Shown here piece after piece: positions 18,164 through 27,412 of a DNA stretch of 64,000 nt. Each line of letters begins with the position of its first letter. The first letter of the stretch is position 1. The stretch lies in the NCBI GenBank assembly GCA_002305085.1, contig DBQE01000006.1, forward strand, positions 7,061 through 71,060, written 5' to 3'. The position numbers and the translations under genes were made by a program. The notes under the pieces are model-generated. The model did no database searches. It had not been told where the DNA came from and worked only from the letters and a program-made list of their open reading frames with translations. Source of the DNA: Bacteroidales bacterium UBA1402. Lineage in GTDB: Bacteria; Bacteroidota; Bacteroidia; Bacteroidales; UBA1402.

Positions 18164-21100
18164 ATGAAAAGAAATAGCAGTTACATGAGCAGGATCATTT
18201 TATCACTGGGTCTTTTGTGGGTCGCAGTAACTTTAGGTTCAGTAAAAGCAGCAGATAAAGCTGCAGAGAGCAAGCTCTTCGTGAAAGGCCAGGTATTAAG
18301 CCAGGCTACGGGTAGTCCCGTTTTCGGCGCTACTGTCAGAGCCGGAGAATCGTCTGTGTTTACTAACGAAGAGGGGCGTTTTGAGTTGATTATTCAAACA
18401 GCCAACGATGTTTTGGTTGTTACCGGAGACGATTTCATTGCCCGCGAATATCCTCTCAGAGGCAGGCAGGACGTTGTCATAGAGCTTTACCCCCGAATAT
18501 TTGGCGAAAACTATAAAACAGTGGAGCTTCCCGGAGGAAAAACTAAAAGCTCGAAGATGATTTCTTCGGCCAAGACAGTTGATATAGGGTTGAATCAAGC
18601 GGTTTCAGCGGATGAACTCTACCATTCCTCATTGGGAGGAGACATACGTACCATCAGTCGTTCCGGTTTGCCCGGCATAGGAAGCCTGCTTTTTATCCGT
18701 GGTTTGAATTCTCTGAATGCCAAGGCACATCCGTTGTTGGTTGTTGACGGTGTAATATGGAACGATATTTCCGATGTTCAATCCATTTTTGAAGGCTTTC
18801 AATCCAATATTTTGATGAATATTGATGTGAACGACATTCAGAGCATCACGGTATTGAAAGACGGTACGTCTCTCTACGGGAGCAAGGCTGCCAACGGAGT
18901 CGTTAGTATAAAAACCAAGCGGGGTGAGAGTGCTGTTACTAAAATTGACCTTCGCATTATGGCCGGCATGGTTGCCGAACCCGGAAATATTCCGATGATG
19001 AACGCCGATCAATACCGGGTTTATGCCAGCGAGTTGCTGCAAACCGTCAGTCCGGGTATGTTGAAAACGCCCAAATTTCTGGATTTTTTGATCGAAAATC
19101 CTTCCGATCCCATCTACAATACCTATCATAATGAGACGGATTGGTCGCAAGAAGTGTATAAGCGAGGCATCACGCAGGGTTACAACATCAGTGTGAACGG
19201 TGGCGACCAACGGGCACTTTATCATTTTTCCCTGGGTTATACCAGCAACAAGGGTATAGTCAAGACAACGGAAATGGAGAGAATAAGTTCCCGGTTCAAT
19301 GCCGATATCAACGTACTGGACAATCTAAGCGTTGGCATGAACGTCGGTTTTTCAAACATAATGCGCAGCCTGTTGGACGATGGAGTCAACTTCTATACTT
19401 CGCCCACTTACATGGGCTATGCCAAATCTCCTTTCTTAAGTCCTTATTCCTTTACTTCCTTGGGCTACAAAGCAAAGGATTACGACGATGCAGACTTATT
19501 TGGTATAGGTAATCCCTCTTCATTTATTGCAGGTTCTCAAAACAAATACAAAGAGTACCGCTTTAATGTCGGCTTTATGCCGGTATATAACATCAACAAA
19601 CATTGGACTTTGAGTACGCTTTTTGATTACAGCCTCAACAAATACCTGGAGGACTATTTCAGTCCCATGCACGGTTCTTATCCCCGTGAGCTTGAAGGTT
19701 TTGGTATGTCCGAAAACACCGTCAAGAATCAGTTGATCCGCAATACGGCCATTTTTGACGATACCCGCTTGAGTTACCATCTACTCAAAAAGAATTTTGA
19801 ATTCAAAACTTTGCTGGGTTGGCGTTATATGACCAATTATCTCGAAGCCGACTATATTGAATCGCATAATTCGGGTACAGATAATAATACTACCGTAGGG
19901 AATTACGATTTTCTTCAGACCCACGGTCTGAATAATCGTACAAAATCGGTTTCGACTTATGCCAACGTTGATTTGGCATTCCTGAACAGGTATTTTATCA
20001 ATGCTGTACTCTCGCTGGACGGATCTTCGCGTTTCGGCAAAGAGGCCAAAGGGGGTGTTGAGCTCTTTGGTCACAGTTTTGCCCTGTTCCCGGCATTTAA
20101 CGCGGCTTGGTTGATTTCGTCCGAATCGTTCATGAAAAACATCCGGTTCATCGATTATCTTAAGTTGCGCGCGGGCTACGATTTTACCGGCAACGATGGC
20201 ATTCAGGATTATGCTACCAAGGCTTATTTTGTTACCAGACGCTTTATAGGCCAGGCTAATGGTGTTATTCTTAGTAATTTAGCCAACGAGGAACTGCAAT
20301 GGGAAACCACTCAAAGCATGCATGCCGGTTTGGATATGACTTTGTTTAACGAACGTTTGCTGCTGAATGTGGACGTGTTCGATTCAAATACGGATAATTT
20401 GTTAACACTCAGAAGCCTGAATCAGATTGCCGGTGTCGATTATTACTGGAGCAACGAAGGTAAACTTTCAAACAAGGGTTTTGAAATATCAGCCGAAACC
20501 AAATTGGTAAATACTAAAAACTTCCAGTGGAGCCTTGGAGCCAGCATAGGGCATTACCGCAATTTAGTCGAAGAGTTGCCCGAAAAAGGCTATACTACTC
20601 CTGCTTATGGCGGCGAAATCAGAACCGAGGTCGGACAGCCCGCCGGAGTTTTCTGGGGTTACAAAACTCAGGGCGTTTACGCTTCCGAAGCCGATGCTTT
20701 GGCTAATCCCATGGCTATCGTAAACGACAACGGTTCACTGACCTATTTTAAAGCCGGAGACGTAATCTTTGAGGATTTTAAAAAGGACGGCATATTGGAC
20801 GAAAACGACAAACAGGTCATCGGAGATCCCAACCCCGATTTCTACGGCAATTTTTCGACTAAACTCAGTTTTAAGAAATGGACCTTAAATACCTTGTTTA
20901 CTTATTCTTATGGCAACGATGTTTATAATTACCTGAGAAGCCAGTTGGAATCGGGTAAAGATTTTAGCAACCAGACCAAAGCTATGTTGTTGCGATGGAC
21001 GGCCGAAGGACAGAACGCCACTTTGCCGAGAAGCGTATACGACGATCCTATGGGGAATGCCCGTTTTTCGGATCGCTGGATAGAAGACGGTTCGTTTTTG

Positions 21101-21322
21101 CGGCTTAAATCCGTTTCACTTTCTTATACCATTCCCATTGAGAATGTGTTTATCAAAGGCCTTGAATTCTCGCTTTCCGCCAACAACCTGTTTTTGTTCA
21201 CCAATTACCTGGGTCTGGATCCCGAAAGTTCGGTCAGCGACAAGGTGTTGTTTCAGGGCATAGATAACGGTTTGATTCCTCAAACACGAAGTTACTTTTT
21301 GGGAGTCAAGGTAAATCTCTAA
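18164..21322 (+). CDS. SusC/RagA-family TonB-dependent transporter (pair 2), 1052 aa
   Basis: Signal peptide and CarboxypepD_reg-like N-terminus (FVKGQVLSQATGSPVFGATVRA). Plug motif ITVLKDGTSLYGSKAANGVVSIKTKRG, YNISVNGGDQRALYHFSLGY, and a barrel ending ...SYFLGVKVNL. Divergent paralog of the 9727 gene. Confidence 0.93.
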   Translation: MKRNSSYMSRIILSLGLLWVAVTLGSVKAADKAAESKLFVKGQVLSQATGSPVFGATVRAGESSVFTNEEGRFELIIQTANDVLVVTGDDFIAREYPLRGRQDVVIELYPRIFGENYKTVELPGGKTKSSKMISSAKTVDIGLNQAVSADELYHSSLGGDIRTISRSGLPGIGSLLFIRGLNSLNAKAHPLLVVDGVIWNDISDVQSIFEGFQSNILMNIDVNDIQSITVLKDGTSLYGSKAANGVVSIKTKRGESAVTKIDLRIMAGMVAEPGNIPMMNADQYRVYASELLQTVSPGMLKTPKFLDFLIENPSDPIYNTYHNETDWSQEVYKRGITQGYNISVNGGDQRALYHFSLGYTSNKGIVKTTEMERISSRFNADINVLDNLSVGMNVGFSNIMRSLLDDGVNFYTSPTYMGYAKSPFLSPYSFTSLGYKAKDYDDADLFGIGNPSSFIAGSQNKYKEYRFNVGFMPVYNINKHWTLSTLFDYSLNKYLEDYFSPMHGSYPRELEGFGMSENTVKNQLIRNTAIFDDTRLSYHLLKKNFEFKTLLGWRYMTNYLEADYIESHNSGTDNNTTVGNYDFLQTHGLNNRTKSVSTYANVDLAFLNRYFINAVLSLDGSSRFGKEAKGGVELFGHSFALFPAFNAAWLISSESFMKNIRFIDYLKLRAGYDFTGNDGIQDYATKAYFVTRRFIGQANGVILSNLANEELQWETTQSMHAGLDMTLFNERLLLNVDVFDSNTDNLLTLRSLNQIAGVDYYWSNEGKLSNKGFEISAETKLVNTKNFQWSLGASIGHYRNLVEELPEKGYTTPAYGGEIRTEVGQPAGVFWGYKTQGVYASEADALANPMAIVNDNGSLTYFKAGDVIFEDFKKDGILDENDKQVIGDPNPDFYGNFSTKLSFKKWTLNTLFTYSYGNDVYNYLRSQLESGKDFSNQTKAMLLRWTAEGQNATLPRSVYDDPMGNARFSDRWIEDGSFLRLKSVSLSYTIPIENVFIKGLEFSLSANNLFLFTNYLGLDPESSVSDKVLFQGIDNGLIPQTRSYFLGVKVNL

Positions 21323-21342
21323 TTACTATCACTCATATTAAT

Positions 21343-23064
21343 ATGACAAGAAAAATGAAAGCTTTCAAACAATTATGCCTGGGTGTGTTGCTGTTGATCC
21401 TGCCCTTTGTGGGCGGTTGCGATGCCATGTTGGATTCCGGTTCCGAAAGATATACTTTCGAGGAGGATGCCCGTTTGCAAACCTTACACGACACACTTTA
21501 CAATATAGTCGGCATTTTTTCGGAAATGCAAAAACTGGGCGATCGCTATGTATTGCTAGGAGAACTGCGTGCCGACCTGATGAAAGTGACGGATGAGGCC
21601 TCGATCGACATGAAAGAAATTTATTATTTCAACATGTCGCCCGATAATGCCTATGCGGAAATGAAAACCTATTATTCCATTATTAATCAGTGCAACTATA
21701 TCATACACTACGCCGATACTGCCTATGCCGAAAAAAGCGATAAGCCCTTGATGCGTATTTACGCTTCGGCCAAGTCTATACGAGCCTGGACTTATATGCA
21801 ACTGGTTTTGAATTATGGTAAGGTGCGGTTTACTGAATTGCCTATTCTTTCGGTTAAGGAAGCCGAACAAGATTTCCCGCTGATTGGAATGGATGCTCTT
21901 TTCACTTATTTGATAGACGATTTGCTGCCTCTCAAAGACATTCGCCTGATGGAGCCCGGTAGGTTTGGAAATTTTGACGCTTCACGCTCCATCTTTCCCA
22001 TCACCCTGTTGCTGGGCGATCTGTATCTTTGGAAAGGAGAGTATGCGGCGGCAGCGGCCATGTATTATGAGTTGATTTTTGAAGAGAATTTAGTTATTAA
22101 TTCTCAATACATTGCTGAGTGGGGAGTGGAAAACAACGCAATAAGCACCAACACACTTTCATCCGCTTGGTTTAACTCGCTCATGTTGCAGAACACTGAA
22201 ATAGTTTCGGCCCTAGGGGCTTATCCCGATTATGGACATAGTTTTTCCCTAGATTCCCTGAGCTCACAGGCTAAAATTATGCCGACGCAGATAGCGCTCG
22301 ACAAATGGCTCAATGCCGTGTATTACCTGAACTCGTCTTCTACCAAAAACGGGGATTTGCGCATTTACGATGCTGTCAATAACAATTATTCCATGGTTAA
22401 ATTTGGTATGATTACTGTTGACGAGGCGGACGAATCTGTACAGGAATTGATAAAGCCTACTATACGGAAATTTTCGCAGATGAATTTGTCCCAATCGGAA
22501 TACGATCCCAGACATCTGCCTCTGTACCGTAGTTCGCACGTGTATTTGCGTTATGCCGAGGCTATAAACCGCCTGGGTTATCCCCAACTGGCTTTTGCCG
22601 TTATGAAAAACGGCTTGAAACTGGAAACCATGAGTCTGCCACACTTAGTGGCCGAAATGGCTGCAGTCGATAGTGTTATACCTTCATTTATGTCGTTTAC
22701 CTATGCCTTTTTTGATAATAACGCCGGTACACGAATGAGGGGCAGTCGCAATGTGCACGAAGACGAAACTTATTTTATTATTCCCGACTCCATCACTCTG
22801 GTACAACAGGGCTACGTCAATTACGGAACGGCTCCTTCCAAACAAGATACCATCGACTACGTTGAAGACATATTGCTGGAGGAAATGGCGATGGAACTGG
22901 CCTTCGAAGGAAATCGTTTTCATGACCTGATGCGTATTGCTTACCGGAGAGGCGACAATGCCTATCTGGCCGACCGGGTGGCTGCTAAATACGAAGCTTC
23001 GGAGCAAGCAGCAATCCATGACATGCTGATGGTTCAGGATAATTGGTTTATCCCGCAGGAGTGA
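21343..23064 (+). CDS. SusD/RagB-family lipoprotein (pair 2), 573 aa
   Basis: Lipobox PFVGGC|DAM. SusD-like motifs (IRAWTYMQLVLNYG, YLRYAEAINRLGY, LEEMAMELAFEGNRFHDLMR). Confidence 0.9.
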   Translation: MTRKMKAFKQLCLGVLLLILPFVGGCDAMLDSGSERYTFEEDARLQTLHDTLYNIVGIFSEMQKLGDRYVLLGELRADLMKVTDEASIDMKEIYYFNMSPDNAYAEMKTYYSIINQCNYIIHYADTAYAEKSDKPLMRIYASAKSIRAWTYMQLVLNYGKVRFTELPILSVKEAEQDFPLIGMDALFTYLIDDLLPLKDIRLMEPGRFGNFDASRSIFPITLLLGDLYLWKGEYAAAAAMYYELIFEENLVINSQYIAEWGVENNAISTNTLSSAWFNSLMLQNTEIVSALGAYPDYGHSFSLDSLSSQAKIMPTQIALDKWLNAVYYLNSSSTKNGDLRIYDAVNNNYSMVKFGMITVDEADESVQELIKPTIRKFSQMNLSQSEYDPRHLPLYRSSHVYLRYAEAINRLGYPQLAFAVMKNGLKLETMSLPHLVAEMAAVDSVIPSFMSFTYAFFDNNAGTRMRGSRNVHEDETYFIIPDSITLVQQGYVNYGTAPSKQDTIDYVEDILLEEMAMELAFEGNRFHDLMRIAYRRGDNAYLADRVAAKYEASEQAAIHDMLMVQDNWFIPQE

Positions 23065-23167
23065 CGGTTTGCATTTATAGAGGGAGGAATCTATTAAGTC
23101 CTACTTAGGCTATCTGGCTTCTTTTTTGTATCATTGTTGCGATTTTGTCTATCGAAAGACATTTTGC

Positions 23168-26100
23168 ATGGAAGAAAAGAAGAAATGCTTGACAAGCCTG
23201 GGTCTGCTCGTCGCATTTTGCTTAAGCTTTGTATGTTTATCGGCGGCTGATTATCATTTCAGACAATTGACCTCCGACGAGAAGCTGTCTCAGAACTTCG
23301 TTGATGATATCTATAAAGACAGCAAGGGCTTTATGTGGTTTGCAACCTGGGGAGGTTTGGATCGTTACGACGGTTACTCCGTTATAAGCTACAACACCGA
23401 AAACGCAAAACTTAAAAGTAATTTCTGTTACTGTTTGGCCGAAGACAGTCATGAGCGGCTCTGGGTGGGATCGGATTTGGGCTTGTCCTGTATTGATTTG
23501 AACACCGGCCGGTCATTGAACTTAATAGAAGAAAATGCGCAATACCGGAATGCTCTTTCCCAAACGGTTTACGATCTGCACTGTGATTCACAATCTAAGC
23601 TCTGGGTGGCCGGAGATCACGGCCTGGTTTGCCTGGTATTTGATGAACAAGGCGGCATCGTTAATCTATACAGTTTAAATATGTTGACAGTCTTCGCTCT
23701 GTGTGAAGATTACGATGGCCGTATCTGGCTGGCTACTTCTTCAGGGAAGTTACTATGCCTCTCCAACAAGAATCCCGGCCAATTTGATTTCGAAATTGTA
23801 CCGGAATTACTACGGCGCGAAACATTTGACTTTATTCGCAGTATCTATTCCGACAGAACGGGCTCTCTCTGGGTTGCCAGTTCCCAGGGCTTGTTTCGTT
23901 ACGATCCTCACGCTGATATCCTGCAAGGCTACCAACATTCGGAGACAAAATCCGGATCTTTACCTAATAATTTTGTAAACGACGTTTTGCAGGATAATAC
24001 CGGCAATATCTGGGTAGCAACTCTGGGCGGTCTGGCTTTGTGGAATCAGGAAACCGGCAATTTTACCCGTTTTCAGTCGGACGACACGGACGAAAGCATA
24101 AACAACAATTTTCTGAATTCTCTTTTTGTAGACGATCGTAACATTTTGTGGATTGGAACTGAAAAGGGCGGAGTTAACTGGATGTTTGAAAAGCGAAAGG
24201 CAATACATGGCCTCCGTCACGATCCTGCCAATCCCGGAAGTATTTATCCCGGGCCCGTCAATTCCATACTCGAAGACAGCCGGGGCAATCTTTGGGTGGG
24301 CCTGGTCGAAGGAGGGCTGCATTTCAGAGCCAGGGGCCAGGATTCTTTTCGGCATTACCTGCATAACAACAAGCCGGGCAGCCTTACGCAAAATACGGTA
24401 TCCAAAATTTACGAGGATTCCGAATCCACTATATGGGTGGGAACCTGGGGAGGAGGACTTAATCGCCTGCGTGCCGATGGTTCCGGTTTCAAATCATATG
24501 TGCCGGGAGACGAAAAAGGCAGTATTGCCAGCCTTTTTATTTCGGACCTGGTCGAAGACAGCCTGCACAATGGTTTATGGGTGGGCATGAATAACGGTTT
24601 GCAGTTTTTATCTAAACAAAGCGGACAATTTCTGAATGTATTTGTTGGCTCAGACATTCCCTATCCGCCCAAACAGGTAAATTTTCTGAAAATCGATCGT
24701 AGGCAGCGTTTGTGGGTGGCTACCAACTTTGGCTTGTATTGTTTTTATCTTCACTCTTTCGATATTCCCGGAACGCCGGCAAAATACGACTATTTCAGAT
24801 TTAGTTTACACGATCCTTCCTCGGGGCAATTGGCCAAAGTAATCAGTATCTACGAAGACGAAGATGAAGATATCTTGTGGTTTGGAACTAACGGCGACGG
24901 CCTGTATAAAATGGAAGAAATAAGTGGAGCAGACAGTGCGGACCTAAAGAAAAAAACCGGCTGGGAAGGTCAGGGTGTGTATAAGGTTGCAGAATCTTAT
25001 GTCCGTTTTGTCCGTTACGATAAAAGACATGGTTTTGCCGACAATGTAATCTATACCATACTCGAAGACGACAACGATTGTTTATGGATGAGTACCAATA
25101 ATGGATTGGTCCGCTTTGAGCCTCAGAATACCGAGGTGGTCAATTATTCCAAAGAGGATGGCTTGTTGAGTAATCAATTCTACTGGATGGCGGCTTGTAA
25201 GGGTCATGATGGAACACTGTATTTTGGTAATTTACAAGGTTTGAATTACATAGAACCCGGACGCTTCAAAAACAACGACCACATGCCTAAACCCAGCTTG
25301 ACTGCTTTACAAATTCTCAACAATACAATAGAGCCGGGCGTGGCTGTCAACAACAAAGTTTATCTGGAAAAACACTTGTATGCAAGCTCTGAGTTGGTGA
25401 TACCAAAAAAAGATAAATCTTTTTCGCTGGAGTTTAGCGCTCTGGATTATGAGTTTCCTGAATGTATCCGTTATTCCTATTACCTGGAGGGTTTTGACAA
25501 ACAATGGACCGATGTGGGGCCGGAACGTCGTTTTGTCTATTATACCAATCTTAAACAAGGCAAATATCTGTTTAAGCTCAGGTGCACCAACAGCGACGGA
25601 GTATGGTCGGACAAAATCACCAGTCTGCCTGTTGTAATAAGTCCTCCCTTCTATCAGAGCCTAATGTTTCGCTTGGTACTGATCCTTGTGTTACTTGGAT
25701 TGGCTTCGTTTGCGTTTATAAGCAGAGAAAAGAAGATCAAACAAAATCGGGCAGAACTCGAAACCAAGGTTAAAGCTAGAACTAAAGAACTTCAGGAAGC
25801 TTACCGGCAGGTGGAGGCTCTGAACCAAGAGAAGTTATCGGTGTTTACCAACATTACTCATGAGTTTAAGACGCCTTTAAGTTTGATTATGGGGCCTATA
25901 AAAAAGATACTCAACCTGAGCAAGGATCCTCTGGTACTGGATCAGTTGAAGTTGGCAGAGCGCAATGCCGAAAATTTGCTGGTGCTGGTCAATCAACTGA
26001 TGGATTTTAGAAAGGTAGAGGAAAAAGCCTCTAAATTGCAGAAAACCCGGGGAAATTTGCTGGATTTGGTCCGGGAGGTGTTATTACCTTTTGCCGACGC

Positions 26101-27412
26101 TGTCGAGAGGAACTTCGTTCAGTGTTCGCTGATATCCAGGCTTAAAAATCCGGAGCTTATTTTTGATGCCGAGATTCTGCGTAAAATCCTGAGTAATCTA
26201 CTGTCGAATGCGGTGAAACATACTCCCGACTACGGCAGTATCAAAATAAAGCTTTTTGATATACAAAAAGATAATGCCGACTGGATAAGAATCACGGTCA
26301 GCGACAGCGGTAAAGGCATTCCCGAAGAAGAATCGGAGAAAATATTCGAACGTTTTTATCGGATCGAAGACCAGGAAACTTTCCGGGCCGCTGGACAATC
26401 CGGAACAGGGGTGGGGCTCTTCCTGTGCAGAGAACTGGCTCAGTTGCACGGGGGTATCATTTATGCCGGCAACAATCGCTTGGGCGGGGCCCGTTTTGTG
26501 TTGGAAATTCCAGCAGAATTTCCAACAAGTCCGGTTGAAAACTTAGTAAAGACAGAAAATGCAGTTGGTGACAACGTTCTCGACCGGGAGGAGGCAGAGG
26601 AGGGGCGCCTTAGAGGAAACAGCTCATCCGCTGTTGTGACTCCATCGAAGCCTCTGTTGTTGATAGTGGAAGATAACAAAGATATGCGTCAGTACCTGGC
26701 TTCTGTTTTACGGGAACAGTATAGCTTGTTGGAAGCCGCAGATGGCGAGGAGGGCTGGACGATGGTGCAGCGCAATTTGCCGGATGTAGTTATAAGCGAT
26801 GTTATGATGCCTCGTATGGACGGCATACAATTGTGTCGCAAAATTAAAACAGAGTTTAAGACATCTCATATACCCGTCATATTATTAACGGCTTTTAGCT
26901 CTCCGAACAATGAGATAGAAGGTTTGGAATCGGGAGCCAACGATTATTTGTCCAAGCCTTTTGAAGAACGTCTGCTTAAGGCGAAAATAAAGAATATCCT
27001 ACAACTTCGCGAACGCATTCACCAAAGTTTTGCCGAGAATATGAGCACCGGCCAGTTGGAAATTGCCGAAAATTCTCCTGATAAATATTTATTGGAAAAA
27101 ATGATGAAAATAGTTCAGTTGCGCTATTCCGATCCTTTGTTTAATGTAAGTGTTTTTATAGAGGAATTGGGTATTTCCCGCAGTTTACTTCACAAAAAAT
27201 TACAGTCCCTGGTTGGACAATCGGCCGGACGTTTCATCAGGAATTACAGATTGAACAAAGCTAAAGAAATCATAAGTATTTATCCGGGCATGAATATATC
27301 GGAGGTGGCTTATTCTGTGGGATTCAACGATCCAAAGTATTTCACCCGCTGTTTCACCAAACGCTACGGAATGGCTCCCAGTGTTTATTCCTTGAATTTG
27401 CATGAAAGCTAA
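23168..27412 (+). CDS. Hybrid two-component system regulator (periplasmic beta-propeller sensor, Y_Y_Y, TM, HisKA, HATPase, REC, AraC-type HTH)
   Basis: The track ORF begins at a TTG (23126); the ATG at 23168 (MEEKKKCLTSLGLLV...) is the likelier start. Many Reg_prop-type repeats (..LWVGT..GL..). TM segment LVLILVLLGLASFAFI. H-box ITHEFKTPLSLI, G-boxes DSGKGIP/GTGVGL, receiver DVVISDVMMPRMDG, and HTH YSVGFNDPKYFTRCFTKRYGMAPS. Confidence 0.93.
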   Translation: MEEKKKCLTSLGLLVAFCLSFVCLSAADYHFRQLTSDEKLSQNFVDDIYKDSKGFMWFATWGGLDRYDGYSVISYNTENAKLKSNFCYCLAEDSHERLWVGSDLGLSCIDLNTGRSLNLIEENAQYRNALSQTVYDLHCDSQSKLWVAGDHGLVCLVFDEQGGIVNLYSLNMLTVFALCEDYDGRIWLATSSGKLLCLSNKNPGQFDFEIVPELLRRETFDFIRSIYSDRTGSLWVASSQGLFRYDPHADILQGYQHSETKSGSLPNNFVNDVLQDNTGNIWVATLGGLALWNQETGNFTRFQSDDTDESINNNFLNSLFVDDRNILWIGTEKGGVNWMFEKRKAIHGLRHDPANPGSIYPGPVNSILEDSRGNLWVGLVEGGLHFRARGQDSFRHYLHNNKPGSLTQNTVSKIYEDSESTIWVGTWGGGLNRLRADGSGFKSYVPGDEKGSIASLFISDLVEDSLHNGLWVGMNNGLQFLSKQSGQFLNVFVGSDIPYPPKQVNFLKIDRRQRLWVATNFGLYCFYLHSFDIPGTPAKYDYFRFSLHDPSSGQLAKVISIYEDEDEDILWFGTNGDGLYKMEEISGADSADLKKKTGWEGQGVYKVAESYVRFVRYDKRHGFADNVIYTILEDDNDCLWMSTNNGLVRFEPQNTEVVNYSKEDGLLSNQFYWMAACKGHDGTLYFGNLQGLNYIEPGRFKNNDHMPKPSLTALQILNNTIEPGVAVNNKVYLEKHLYASSELVIPKKDKSFSLEFSALDYEFPECIRYSYYLEGFDKQWTDVGPERRFVYYTNLKQGKYLFKLRCTNSDGVWSDKITSLPVVISPPFYQSLMFRLVLILVLLGLASFAFISREKKIKQNRAELETKVKARTKELQEAYRQVEALNQEKLSVFTNITHEFKTPLSLIMGPIKKILNLSKDPLVLDQLKLAERNAENLLVLVNQLMDFRKVEEKASKLQKTRGNLLDLVREVLLPFADAVERNFVQCSLISRLKNPELIFDAEILRKILSNLLSNAVKHTPDYGSIKIKLFDIQKDNADWIRITVSDSGKGIPEEESEKIFERFYRIEDQETFRAAGQSGTGVGLFLCRELAQLHGGIIYAGNNRLGGARFVLEIPAEFPTSPVENLVKTENAVGDNVLDREEAEEGRLRGNSSSAVVTPSKPLLLIVEDNKDMRQYLASVLREQYSLLEAADGEEGWTMVQRNLPDVVISDVMMPRMDGIQLCRKIKTEFKTSHIPVILLTAFSSPNNEIEGLESGANDYLSKPFEERLLKAKIKNILQLRERIHQSFAENMSTGQLEIAENSPDKYLLEKMMKIVQLRYSDPLFNVSVFIEELGISRSLLHKKLQSLVGQSAGRFIRNYRLNKAKEIISIYPGMNISEVAYSVGFNDPKYFTRCFTKRYGMAPSVYSLNLHES

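Noticed and set aside
23126-23167. Track start (TTG) giving MYHCCDFVYRKTFC before the HTCS signal sequence.
   Set aside because: The ATG at 23168 gives a normal MEEKKK + hydrophobic signal/TM N-terminus, and the upstream extension has no support.
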